A DNA stretch of 30,672 bases from Nitrospinales bacterium (GTDB taxonomy: Bacteria; Nitrospinota; Nitrospinia; Nitrospinales; JAJDAT01), in assembly GCA_046757665.1 (NCBI GenBank), contig JBHHYO010000028.1, forward strand, positions 1-30,672. Direction: 5' to 3'. Below the pieces are notes generated by a model, which worked only from the letters and a program-made list of their open reading frames with translations, made no database searches and was not told where the DNA came from. Shown piece after piece: positions 8,180 through 20,025 of the stretch. Each line of letters opens with the position of its first letter. Position 1 is the stretch's first letter. Both the position numbers and the translations under genes were made by a program.

Positions 8180-9136
8180 CTAAGCGGCATTGGTGGTTTC
8201 CGAGTGCGGCCAGGGGTCGAACCGGTCGCCTTTCCGCATGGCGTGCCCCTGGAGGAAAGCTTGGGCGCGCATGATTTTTTTGCCTTCCGGTTGCAGTTCC
8301 GTTATCACCAGACGGCCGGCGGCGGTGCCGACCTCGATGCCGTGATCGGAGACGCGCGCGATGGCGCCCGCCTGGTCTTCCGGCGCTCCCGGCGCCGTCT
8401 CGGCCCGGACGACGCGGATCCGCCGGGATTTGAAAAACGTAAACGCGCCCGGCCAGGGGACCAGGCCGCGCACCAGGTTTCTGATTTTCCCGGCCTCCTT
8501 GTCCCAGAAGATTTGTCCGTCTTCTTTTGTCAGTTTGGGTGCATAGGTTGCCTGCGAATGGTCCTGCGGCGTCGGGATGAGGGAATGATCTTCCAGCTTG
8601 CTCAGGGTTTCCAGTACCAGCGAGGCCCCTGCTTCCGCCAAGGCATCGCGGAGAGTTTGAGCGTCATCGGATTCGCCGATCTCGATTGTTTGTTTCAACA
8701 AGATGCCTCCGGTGTCCAGTCCCCGGTCCATTTTCATGGTGGTGATGCCCGTTTCCGAATCGCCATTGATGATCGCCCGGTTGATCGGCGCGGCGCCCCG
8801 GTACCTGGGCAAAAGAGAGGCGTGCAAGTTCATGCAAAACCAATGATCGACAATCGCCGGTTTGAGGATTTGACCGAAAGCGGCGACGATGATGCAGTCG
8901 GGCGCCAGGGAGCGAAGTATTTCGACAAATTCGGGAGCCCCGGCGTTGGCCGGCTGGAACACCTTGATCCCGGCGTCTACGGCAAACTGTTTGACCGGCG
9001 GGGCCTGCAATTCACGTCCCCGGCCCCGGGGCCGGTCCGGCTGGGTGACCACGCCGAGAACCCGATGCCCGGACCGGCAAAGCGCCTGGAGCGTGGGCAG
9101 GGCAAACGCGGGCGTTCCCATGTAAACAATCTTCAT
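8180..9136 (-). CDS. fmt: Methionyl-tRNA formyltransferase
   Basis: MGTPAFA, VTQPDRP, NLHASLLPRYRGAAPI, GLDTG; follows def. Confidence 0.96.
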   Translation of the reverse strand: MKIVYMGTPAFALPTLQALCRSGHRVLGVVTQPDRPRGRGRELQAPPVKQFAVDAGIKVFQPANAGAPEFVEILRSLAPDCIIVAAFGQILKPAIVDHWFCMNLHASLLPRYRGAAPINRAIINGDSETGITTMKMDRGLDTGGILLKQTIEIGESDDAQTLRDALAEAGASLVLETLSKLEDHSLIPTPQDHSQATYAPKLTKEDGQIFWDKEAGKIRNLVRGLVPWPGAFTFFKSRRIRVVRAETAPGAPEDQAGAIARVSDHGIEVGTAAGRLVITELQPEGKKIMRAQAFLQGHAMRKGDRFDPWPHSETTNAA

Positions 9137-9648
9137 CGGTTGACCGTTTCTTTTAACAGTTTTTTGAACTTGCGCTTCAAGATGTCGCGTTTCACTTTGC
9201 CCAGCTTGTCCCAGAACAGGATGCCGTCAAGATGATCCAATTCGTGTTGCAGGGCGCGGGCAAGAAAATCCTCCGCCTCGAGGCGGATATCCTTGCCGTC
9301 AAGGTTCACCCCTTTCAACTCGACTCTCTGGGCGCGTTTGACCTCCGCGAAGAGTTCCGGGATGCTCAGGCAACCTTCTTCGGCGACCACCTCGCCTTCC
9401 ATGGCGGTGATCCGCGGGTTGACGATGGTGATGGGTTCCTTTTTATCCGTTTTGATCCCCAGGTCCACCACGATCAGCCTTGAGGAAACGCCCACCTGGT
9501 TGGCCGCGAGACCGCCGCCGGGAGCGTCGAACATGGTTTCCGTCATGTCCCGCGACAAGGTAACTAACGTACCGTCGATATTTTCAACGGCGTCGCACTT
9601 GCGGCGCAAAACGGGGTCCAGGCAATTTAATATAGTTAGAACAGACAA
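9133..9648 (-). CDS. def: Peptide deformylase
   Basis: GGGLAANQVG, EGCLS, QHELDHLDG motifs; TTG start. Confidence 0.96.
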   Translation of the reverse strand: MSVLTILNCLDPVLRRKCDAVENIDGTLVTLSRDMTETMFDAPGGGLAANQVGVSSRLIVVDLGIKTDKKEPITIVNPRITAMEGEVVAEEGCLSIPELFAEVKRAQRVELKGVNLDGKDIRLEAEDFLARALQHELDHLDGILFWDKLGKVKRDILKRKFKKLLKETVNR

Positions 9649-9770
9649 GGCGGTTTCCGGTTGTTGAAATTAATGGGTTGCCGAAAGATGGCCGACGCGC
9701 CGGTTGGACCGGGAGAATTCAAGCGCGGACAACGGTATCGACAATTTTAGTATAGGGGTCGCAAAATGTC

Positions 9771-9799
9771 ATTATAAAAGGAAAACGGAAAGGCGTGAA
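9771..9799 (-). promoter_or_regulatory. Possible sigma70 promoter for the def-fmt operon
   Basis: TTCACG (9799-9794), 17-nt spacer, TATAAT (9776-9771). Confidence 0.4.
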
Positions 9800-9834
9800 G
9801 ACCCAAACGGGCAACGGGTTGCCCGCGTTTCATC

Positions 9835-11043
9835 TCAGGAAGCGTATTCGGCGTTGATCCTGACGTAGTCGTAGGACAGGTCGCAGGAATACACTTCCGC
9901 GTGCTCCCTACCGGAGTTCAAGCCGATCCGGATGAGAATGGTTTTTTTCCGCATGATTTTTTTTATCCGCTCCGGAGAGGTTTCCGGAACGGGCGCGCCG
10001 TTTCGCACCAGCGGTATGGAGCCCAGAGAGATATCGACCCGGTCCGGCCGCAAGGGCACTCCGGCGTTGCCCACCGCGCAGATGATGCGTCCCCAGTTGG
10101 GGTCTTCTCCGAAGACAGCGGTTTTGACCAGGTTGGACGTGGCGACCGAAAACGCCACCTTGCGGGCGGCACGAGTAGATTTCGCGCCCTCGACGCGGAC
10201 GGTGATGAACTTGGTGGCGCCCTCGCCGTCCTCAACAATCTTGCGGGCCAGAATGCGGCAAACCTCGTTCAAGGCGTCCGCAAAAGCGTGAAACCCCTTG
10301 CTGTTTTCGCCGACGCGCGGATTCGCCGTCCTGCCGCCGGCCAGACAGATTACGCTGTCGTTGGTACTGCAATCGCCGTCCACCGTGATGCGGTTGAACG
10401 ACCCGTCAACGGCTTGCTTGAGCGCGATTCGCAACGCGCCGGAATCGATGGCGGCGTTGCTTTGGATAAACGCCAGCATGGTTGCCATGTTGGGATGAAT
10501 CATTCCGGAACCTTTGGCTATTCCCCCGACAACGATTTTCTGTCGTCCCCGCCCGTATTCGACGCGGGCCGTCTTGGTGGTCAGGTCGGTGGTGCGGATG
10601 GCCAGGGCCGCCCGCCTCAGGCCATTCATGGACAACCGGCGCACCAGTTGCGGAAGCGCACCGATTATTTTTTCCCGCGGCAAAGGCACGCCGATGATCC
10701 CCGTGGACGCCACAAGGATCTCTTGCGAAGGCACACCCAGCTCCTTCCCCAGGCAACGGGTGATGACGCGGCAGTCCTCCAGGCCCTGGGGGCCGGTGCA
10801 GGCGTTGGCGTTGCCGCTGTTCACAAGAACGGCCTTGACGGTCCGGGCTTTCGCCAGGTTCGACCGGGTCACCTTGACGGACGGAGACTGAATCTTGTTT
10901 TGCGTGAAAACCCCGGCGGCTACGGCTGGACTTTCGGAAACAACAAGGGCAAGGTCCGTCTGCCCTTCCGGCTTGATGCCGCAGGCGATGCCCGACGCCT
11001 TGAATCCGGGAACGGAACCGACACTGTTCAAAACGCGCTTCAT
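9835..11043 (-). CDS. argJ: Ornithine acetyltransferase / N-acetylglutamate synthase
   Basis: NSGNANACTG, STGIIG, KGSGMIHPNMATML autoproteolysis motif, DGEGATK, PNWGRI, YVRINAEY. ATG at 11043 avoids overlap with argC. Confidence 0.96.
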   Translation of the reverse strand: MKRVLNSVGSVPGFKASGIACGIKPEGQTDLALVVSESPAVAAGVFTQNKIQSPSVKVTRSNLAKARTVKAVLVNSGNANACTGPQGLEDCRVITRCLGKELGVPSQEILVASTGIIGVPLPREKIIGALPQLVRRLSMNGLRRAALAIRTTDLTTKTARVEYGRGRQKIVVGGIAKGSGMIHPNMATMLAFIQSNAAIDSGALRIALKQAVDGSFNRITVDGDCSTNDSVICLAGGRTANPRVGENSKGFHAFADALNEVCRILARKIVEDGEGATKFITVRVEGAKSTRAARKVAFSVATSNLVKTAVFGEDPNWGRIICAVGNAGVPLRPDRVDISLGSIPLVRNGAPVPETSPERIKKIMRKKTILIRIGLNSGREHAEVYSCDLSYDYVRINAEYAS

Positions 11044-11050
11044 AATGTTT

Positions 11051-12097
11051 TCAGGGGAAAATACCGGGGAAGTCCAGGGCGGTTGTCTCATCAATGCCCA
11101 GCATGATGTTCAGATTCTGCACCGCCTGCCCGGACGCTCCCTTCATCAAGTTGTCGATGGCGCTGGTGATGATGATCCTACGGTTGCGGGTATCGACCTG
11201 CAATCCGATGTCGCAGTAGTTGGAGTGAGCAACAAAATGCGTGTTGGCGTATTTGCCGGGATCGAGGATCCTGACAAACGGTTCGTTTTTGTAAAACTCC
11301 CGGTAGCGGCCGGCCAGGTCGTCCAACGCCACGTCCTGGACCATGTTGACGTAAACGGTGCTCAGCAAACCCCGCGTCATTGGCACGAGATGCGGGGAAA
11401 AGGTGAGGCGGATTTCCCGTTTCGCCAGGGCGCTCAGCTCCTGCTCGATTTCCGGCGTGTGGCGGTGGCCGGCGAGGTTGTAGGCGGACAGGCCTTCATT
11501 GCATTCCGCGAACTGGGTGGACTGGCTGGCTTTTCGGCCCGCCCCGGAAACGCCCGATTTTGAATCGGCAACGATGGAACCCGAATCCACCCAATCGGCA
11601 TTCATCAACGGCGCCAGCGCCAGAATGACGCTCGTCGGGTAGCATCCCGGATTGGCCACCAGGCTGGCCGAGCGGATTTCGTCCCGATGCAGTTCGGGCA
11701 AGCCGTAAACGGCCCGGGCAAGGTGGTCCGGCGTTTGATGCGGCGTATGATACCATTCCTCGAACACCCCGGCGTCATGCAGGCGGAAATCGGCGCTCAA
11801 GTCAATCACCTTGCAGGAATGCTCGAGGAAGACGGGGACGTCCGCCATGGCCGCGGTGTGCGGCAGGGCCAGAAACAGGATATCGCAGGAATCGGCAATG
11901 TCCGGGCTCAGCGGCGCCAGTTCATGGTCCGCCCAGCCCTTCAAAGAAGGAGCGACGTCGGAGATCCGCCGGCCCGCGTAGGTTTCCGAGGTCAGCGTGA
12001 CAAGTTCCACCGCGGGATGCCGCGCCAACAGGCGGACCAGCTCCAGGCCGGTATAACCGCTCGCGCCGGCAATGCTTGCTTTAACACGGTTTGCCAT
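11051..12097 (-). CDS. argC: N-acetyl-gamma-glutamyl-phosphate reductase
   Basis: GASGYTG, DLSADFRL, ANPGCY, SGVSGAG, HRHTPEI, DNLMKGASGQA. Confidence 0.97.
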   Translation of the reverse strand: MANRVKASIAGASGYTGLELVRLLARHPAVELVTLTSETYAGRRISDVAPSLKGWADHELAPLSPDIADSCDILFLALPHTAAMADVPVFLEHSCKVIDLSADFRLHDAGVFEEWYHTPHQTPDHLARAVYGLPELHRDEIRSASLVANPGCYPTSVILALAPLMNADWVDSGSIVADSKSGVSGAGRKASQSTQFAECNEGLSAYNLAGHRHTPEIEQELSALAKREIRLTFSPHLVPMTRGLLSTVYVNMVQDVALDDLAGRYREFYKNEPFVRILDPGKYANTHFVAHSNYCDIGLQVDTRNRRIIITSAIDNLMKGASGQAVQNLNIMLGIDETTALDFPGIFP

Positions 12098-12111
12098 CGG
12101 TTGTTCCGCCC

Positions 12112-12160
12112 TCAGCCTTCAGCTTCAAAACGACACTGACGACTGACTGCTGAAAGCCGA
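12112..12160 (-). other. Stem-loop between rpsI and argC
   Basis: Minus-strand UCGGCUUUCAGC pairs with GCUGAAGGCUGA (12 bp, 2 G-U). No U-tract follows. Confidence 0.5.
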
Positions 12161-12170
12161 CGGTAACAGG

Positions 12171-12560
12171 TTATCGTTTGGAAAATTGAAATCGTTTTCG
12201 GGCGCCGGGCTGACCGTATTTCTTGCGCTCGACCACCCGCGAGTCCCGAGTCAGGAATCCGGCTTGCTTGAGGGGCAGGCGGAGATTGGGATCGCTTTGC
12301 AACAGGGCTTTGGAAATCCCCAGACGAAGAGCGCCGGCCTGTCCGGACAAACCGCCGCCGCGGACCCTGGCCTTGATATCAAACGACTCCAACTTCTGCG
12401 TTATGGCCAAAGGTTGGCGAACAATCATTTCCGAACTTTCCCGCTGGAAATAGTCGCCGAGTGACTTGCCGTTTACAGTAACCTTGCCTTCTCCAAGGGT
12501 CAGCCAAACCTTGGCGATGGCTTCTTTCCTCTTGCCCGTGGCGTAAAATCTTTCTTCCAT
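12171..12560 (-). CDS. rpsI: 30S ribosomal protein S9
   Basis: [44 protein letters not shown]. Confidence 0.98.
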   Translation of the reverse strand: MEERFYATGKRKEAIAKVWLTLGEGKVTVNGKSLGDYFQRESSEMIVRQPLAITQKLESFDIKARVRGGGLSGQAGALRLGISKALLQSDPNLRLPLKQAGFLTRDSRVVERKKYGQPGARKRFQFSKR

Positions 12561-12641
12561 AAATAAATGATCCCGATTAAAGTTCCAGTATTCTTGAATG
12601 TCGAAACCGCCGAGAGGGGGGACCCCCCTTGCGGAAACCCG

Positions 12642-13070
12642 TTAAAGAGAGACCTGCTCCGGATTCTGTCCGGCATGAGGATGACTTTCGGCCTCATAGA
12701 TTCTAAAGTTACCCAACAGCGCCCGGCCCAGACGGTTTTTGGGCAACATGCCACGAATGGCTTTTTTCAACAGCTCCGTCGGTTTGCGTTGCAACAACTC
12801 CCCGGCGGTCAGGGATTTGAGACCACCGTGGAAACCCGTGTGCCGGTAGTAGATTTTTTTATCCCACTTGTTGCCGGTCAACCTGACTTTCGCGGCGTTG
12901 ATTATGATCACGTTATCGCCCATATCCATATGGGGAGTGAAGGTGGGTTTGGTTTTGCCGCGGGCAATGGCAACCGCCCGGTCGGCCACACGGCCCAAGA
13001 CCTTGTCCTTGGCGTCAATCAGGACCCATTTTTTTTGCACGTCACTTTTTTTTGCGGAAAAACTTCTCAT
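12642..13070 (-). CDS. rplM: 50S ribosomal protein L13
   Basis: WVLIDA, LGRVA, KPTFTPHMDMGD, YYRHTG, AIRGMLPKNRLGR, HPHAGQ. ATG at 13070 follows GAAAGGA. Confidence 0.98.
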   Translation of the reverse strand: MRSFSAKKSDVQKKWVLIDAKDKVLGRVADRAVAIARGKTKPTFTPHMDMGDNVIIINAAKVRLTGNKWDKKIYYRHTGFHGGLKSLTAGELLQRKPTELLKKAIRGMLPKNRLGRALLGNFRIYEAESHPHAGQNPEQVSL

Positions 13071-13127
13071 TATCGTCCTTTCACCTGCGTTCTGATATCT
13101 GTTTGGGCATGGATAAAGCAATTTTCC

Positions 13128-13156
13128 ATGCTAATAAAACCGGCCCCCATTGTCAA
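13128..13156 (-). promoter_or_regulatory. sigma70 promoter of rplM-rpsI
   Basis: TTGACA (13156-13151), 17-nt spacer, TAGCAT (13133-13128). Confidence 0.7.
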
Positions 13157-13224
13157 TGGCAAAATACCTTTCGGGCTTTAGAACCTGTCCCAATGGGAAG
13201 GCGGGAGCAGAAAATCAGTTTGCG

Positions 13225-16645
<3,421 letters not shown>

Positions 16646-16759
16646 GATGGAGAGAAACGGGAAACAGCACAAAGCAACCCGCGCCGCCCCCTGAAGGAAA
16701 ATTCAAGAACCTTTAAAAATCACAACAGATCGAAAAAATCCGGGGAAAGGCCAGACCTC

Positions 16760-18220
16760 CTAATCCAATTTGATCGCGATAAAAACAGAAGTGCTTCCCC
16801 GTCGCACAAGCAACAAAATCGTTTTCTTCTTGGCCCGGGAAGTAAATTTGTGGAATTCCGCGGCATTATGAACTGGTTTCCGGTTCACTTCGGTGATCAC
16901 ATCTCCCCGGCGCAGGCCCGCTTCACCGGCGGGGTCACCGGGGACGACATCCGAAACCAGAACGCCTTCATTGCTTTTCAAGTTGAGGGATTGCGCCAGT
17001 TCCGGAGTGATGTCCTGCACCCGGAGGCCCAGGGTCTCGCCAAGGGACGCCAGTTTTTCTTCTTCATCCTTGAGGACGTCAATAGTGATATTGAGCTTTT
17101 TATCTTTTCCGTCGCGGATCACCCTGATTTCCACGCTTTTGCCCGGCGGCGTGCCCGCAACCACCTTGGGCAGTTCATCCATCACCTTGATCTTGTGATG
17201 ATCGAATTCGACAATCACATCACCACGCTTGACCCCCGCGATGGAGGCGGGGCTGTTGGGCATGACATCGCCCACCAAGGCTCCCTCGCTGTGCGCCAAA
17301 CCAAACGATTTTTGCAGGTCCGGCGTGATCTTCTGGATCATGACTCCGAGCCAGCCGCGGGTAACTTTTCCTTTTTCCTTAAGGTCCTTGAGAATGCCCT
17401 TGGCAAGGTTGATCGGGATAGCGAATCCGATGCCGACGTTGCCGCCGGCGCCACCGGAAATGATAGCGGTGTTAATACCGACCACTTCTCCCTTCACGTT
17501 AAACAGAGGTCCGCCGCTGTTTCCCGGATTGATCGAAGCGTCGGTCTGGATAAACTCGTCATACCGCCCCGACCCGATATTCCGTCCCTTGGCGCTGACC
17601 ACACCGACGGTCACCGTTTGGCTCAGGCCAAAGGGGTTGCCGATGGCGACAACCCACTCACCCACTTCCAGCTTGTCGGAATCCCCCATTTTTAAATACT
17701 GAAAAGGCCGCGTGTCGCCTTCTTTGCGAACAAGCTTGAGGAGAGCAATATCCGTTTCCGCGTCGGAACCAATTAACTTGGCTTTGTATTTTTTTTCGTT
17801 TTGCAGTTGGATATCGATCTCATCGGCTCCCTTGACAACATGAAAATTGGTCAGGACAAGGCCTTCGGCATCAATGATAATTCCCGAACCCATTCCCGGA
17901 CGGGGTTGTCTCTCCCGGTCCCTGCCAAACCGGTCAAAAAACTGTTCAAACGGGTTGGGGATCGGGCCTCGATCTCTTCCCGGAGGAGACCCGAACCGCG
18001 AATCCTCACTGTTGACCTTGGTGCTGATGCCCACCACGCCCGGTTTGTAAGCTTTGGCGATTTTAACAAAAATATCGGCCGGCAGAGGCGCCGATTTGTC
18101 GCTTAAAGCATAAGCGGTTTCAGCGAAAGGAAGACCGGCTCCGCCTGTTTGCAAACTCAGCAGACCCAGCGTTGAAAACCATAAAACGATAAGGGTTATC
18201 CTGAATGCCTTGCAATCCAT
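16760..18220 (-). CDS. HtrA/DegP/DegQ-family serine protease (trypsin domain plus 2 PDZ)
   Basis: GSGIII, TNFHVV, TDIALL, QTDASINPGNSGGPL, RGWLGV, two PDZ domains and a signal peptide. Confidence 0.94.
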   Translation of the reverse strand: MDCKAFRITLIVLWFSTLGLLSLQTGGAGLPFAETAYALSDKSAPLPADIFVKIAKAYKPGVVGISTKVNSEDSRFGSPPGRDRGPIPNPFEQFFDRFGRDRERQPRPGMGSGIIIDAEGLVLTNFHVVKGADEIDIQLQNEKKYKAKLIGSDAETDIALLKLVRKEGDTRPFQYLKMGDSDKLEVGEWVVAIGNPFGLSQTVTVGVVSAKGRNIGSGRYDEFIQTDASINPGNSGGPLFNVKGEVVGINTAIISGGAGGNVGIGFAIPINLAKGILKDLKEKGKVTRGWLGVMIQKITPDLQKSFGLAHSEGALVGDVMPNSPASIAGVKRGDVIVEFDHHKIKVMDELPKVVAGTPPGKSVEIRVIRDGKDKKLNITIDVLKDEEEKLASLGETLGLRVQDITPELAQSLNLKSNEGVLVSDVVPGDPAGEAGLRRGDVITEVNRKPVHNAAEFHKFTSRAKKKTILLLVRRGSTSVFIAIKLD

Positions 18221-18300
18221 TTCCAACCTTTACGATGCGGTCAACGGAAAAACCGCTGAACCATTGGATATCAATTCGATGGAGATTCTATGATTTCATT

Positions 18301-18328
18301 ATTATATGATTCCTGCCGGTATTTACAA
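18301..18328 (-). promoter_or_regulatory. Possible sigma70 promoter for the protease-ligA unit
   Basis: TTGTAA (18328-18323), 16-nt spacer, TATAAT (18306-18301). Confidence 0.4.
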
Positions 18329-18480
18329 TATCAAAACTCGAATAAATGAAAATGCTTGTGGCGGCCGAAGGGACGGCTCTGCCCGGCCCCGGACCGGCCC
18401 GGCAAAAATAAAAGGACTGGAATTAACCCCTGTTTCGTGCTAGGTTTTCTTGAATTTCATAACGGTCTGAAAGCCGGTGA

Positions 18481-18675
18481 ATGATGAGCCTTTTTTTGTC
18501 CGCGCTGGGCTTGATGATGATTTTTGAAGGTATTCCTTATTTTTGCTTTCCCGCCAAAGTCAAGGAATTGGCGCAGAAGTTGCTGGAAATCCCGGACGGC
18601 ACGTTACGCTCTGTTGGTTTCATTCTGATGGCCCTGGGATTATTGGTCGTCTATATAGGGAGGAACTCGATTTAA
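18481..18675 (+). CDS. DUF2065 (YjeT-like) small membrane protein
   Basis: ALGLMMIFEGIPYFCFP...LRSVGFILMALG pattern; two TM segments; 64 aa. Confidence 0.88.
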   Translation: MMSLFLSALGLMMIFEGIPYFCFPAKVKELAQKLLEIPDGTLRSVGFILMALGLLVVYIGRNSI

Positions 18676-18676
18676 C

Positions 18677-19144
18677 ATGTTTCAGCGTCTCCGATTCCTC
18701 ACCGGCTTCTTGCCAGTTTATTTGTTTATCGCTGTCTTTTTTGGGTGCGCGACTCTGGACACGGATACGGAGGAGTCCGCCCAGGCCCCGGTTGCGGGCG
18801 CCGATAAAGGTTTGAGCACGGTTGAAGAGCCCCAATTCCCCACAGGATTCCCCGACGTACCGGTCCCTGAAAGTTTCGAATTCAACCGTGGAAAATCCTT
18901 CATCTATGAAGCGGGCAGTGGAACGGTCAAGGTCGGACACTTGTTTTTCTCCGGATGGCCCAAACTCGACAAAGTGATCACCTTCTACCAAAATGAAATG
19001 GTCAACAAAGGATGGAAGCTCGTCCAGACTATCGAGCGGGAGATAACGACCCTGCAGTATGAAAAAGAAGGTCTGGTTTGCCGGGTGACCCTGGAAGCCT
19101 CGTTGGGGAAAACCATCATAGAAATTGTAATCGGCCCGAAATAG
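18677..19144 (+). CDS. Putative lipoprotein of unknown function
   Basis: Signal peptide ending FFG-C, then a globular region (FPDVPVP, FYQNEMVNKGWK). Starts 1 nt after the DUF2065 stop. Confidence 0.75.
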   Translation: MFQRLRFLTGFLPVYLFIAVFFGCATLDTDTEESAQAPVAGADKGLSTVEEPQFPTGFPDVPVPESFEFNRGKSFIYEAGSGTVKVGHLFFSGWPKLDKVITFYQNEMVNKGWKLVQTIEREITTLQYEKEGLVCRVTLEASLGKTIIEIVIGPK

Positions 19145-19219
19145 TCCCACTTTTCCCCACCCCGCCGGAAGGGAGACCGTCCTGAACACCGCACCGGGCC
19201 GGGACGCGCATGGTGAAGC

Positions 19220-19963
19220 ATGTCCGAAAAACAACTCCAGGCCCGCCAGCTGGTATTGAGTTTCCCCGTTCATCCAAAATACGACTTCTCCGGTTTTGTC
19301 GTTTCCGAAGGATCGCGGTTCGCCTTTTCCATGGCCCATCGTATTTGCACCGACCGGTCTTTCAATATGCTGTATCTTTCCGGCGAAAAGGGCCTGGGAA
19401 AAACACATCTGCTGATGTCCATCGGCAACTACATCGCCGAAAATTTTCCGGAGCGAAAGGTGTTCTATCTGGATGGCGGGAATTTCGCCAAAACCATGGG
19501 AAATGCCGACTCGGCTGAGCAGGCGTTGAAGCAAATCCTGGGCACGGATTATTTTTTGTTGGACAACATCGAGCAGATTTCGGGCCACACCGCCGCCCAG
19601 GAAAAGCTTTACTTTGTTTACAATTCACTGATGGAAAAGAAAAAGTCCCTTGTTTTTGCCGGGGATCGGCCCCCGGACCATTTGCCGGACATCGCGGATT
19701 ACCTCACGTCCCGGTTTCAATGGGGGGTCATGGCTCGACTCAAACCGATCGACGATGCGACGACGGCAAAGATCATCAAAAAACTGGGCCGCGACCTGGA
19801 TATCGAAATTCCCGACAACATCATCACTTATCTTCTGAACCATATTCCGCGGGATTTTCAATCGATCCAAAGCGCCGTTTCCCAGATAAACCGGGCGTCG
19901 TATGAGCAAAAAAAGAAGATCACCCTTCCCCTGGTTAAAGGCATTTTGGACCTGGCCGGTTGA
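19220..19963 (+). CDS. hda: Hda-like DnaA-family AAA+ protein
   Basis: N-terminal QLVLSF clamp-binding-like motif, YDFSGFVV, Walker A GEKGLGKTHLL, LTSRFQWG, PRDF; no DnaA DNA-binding domain. Confidence 0.8.
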   Translation: MSEKQLQARQLVLSFPVHPKYDFSGFVVSEGSRFAFSMAHRICTDRSFNMLYLSGEKGLGKTHLLMSIGNYIAENFPERKVFYLDGGNFAKTMGNADSAEQALKQILGTDYFLLDNIEQISGHTAAQEKLYFVYNSLMEKKKSLVFAGDRPPDHLPDIADYLTSRFQWGVMARLKPIDDATTAKIIKKLGRDLDIEIPDNIITYLLNHIPRDFQSIQSAVSQINRASYEQKKKITLPLVKGILDLAG

Positions 19964-20025
19964 GCAACGATTTTATGCCGGCGCCACGAACACCCAACAG
20001 ACCATCAGCCGAATCCCGCCGAACA

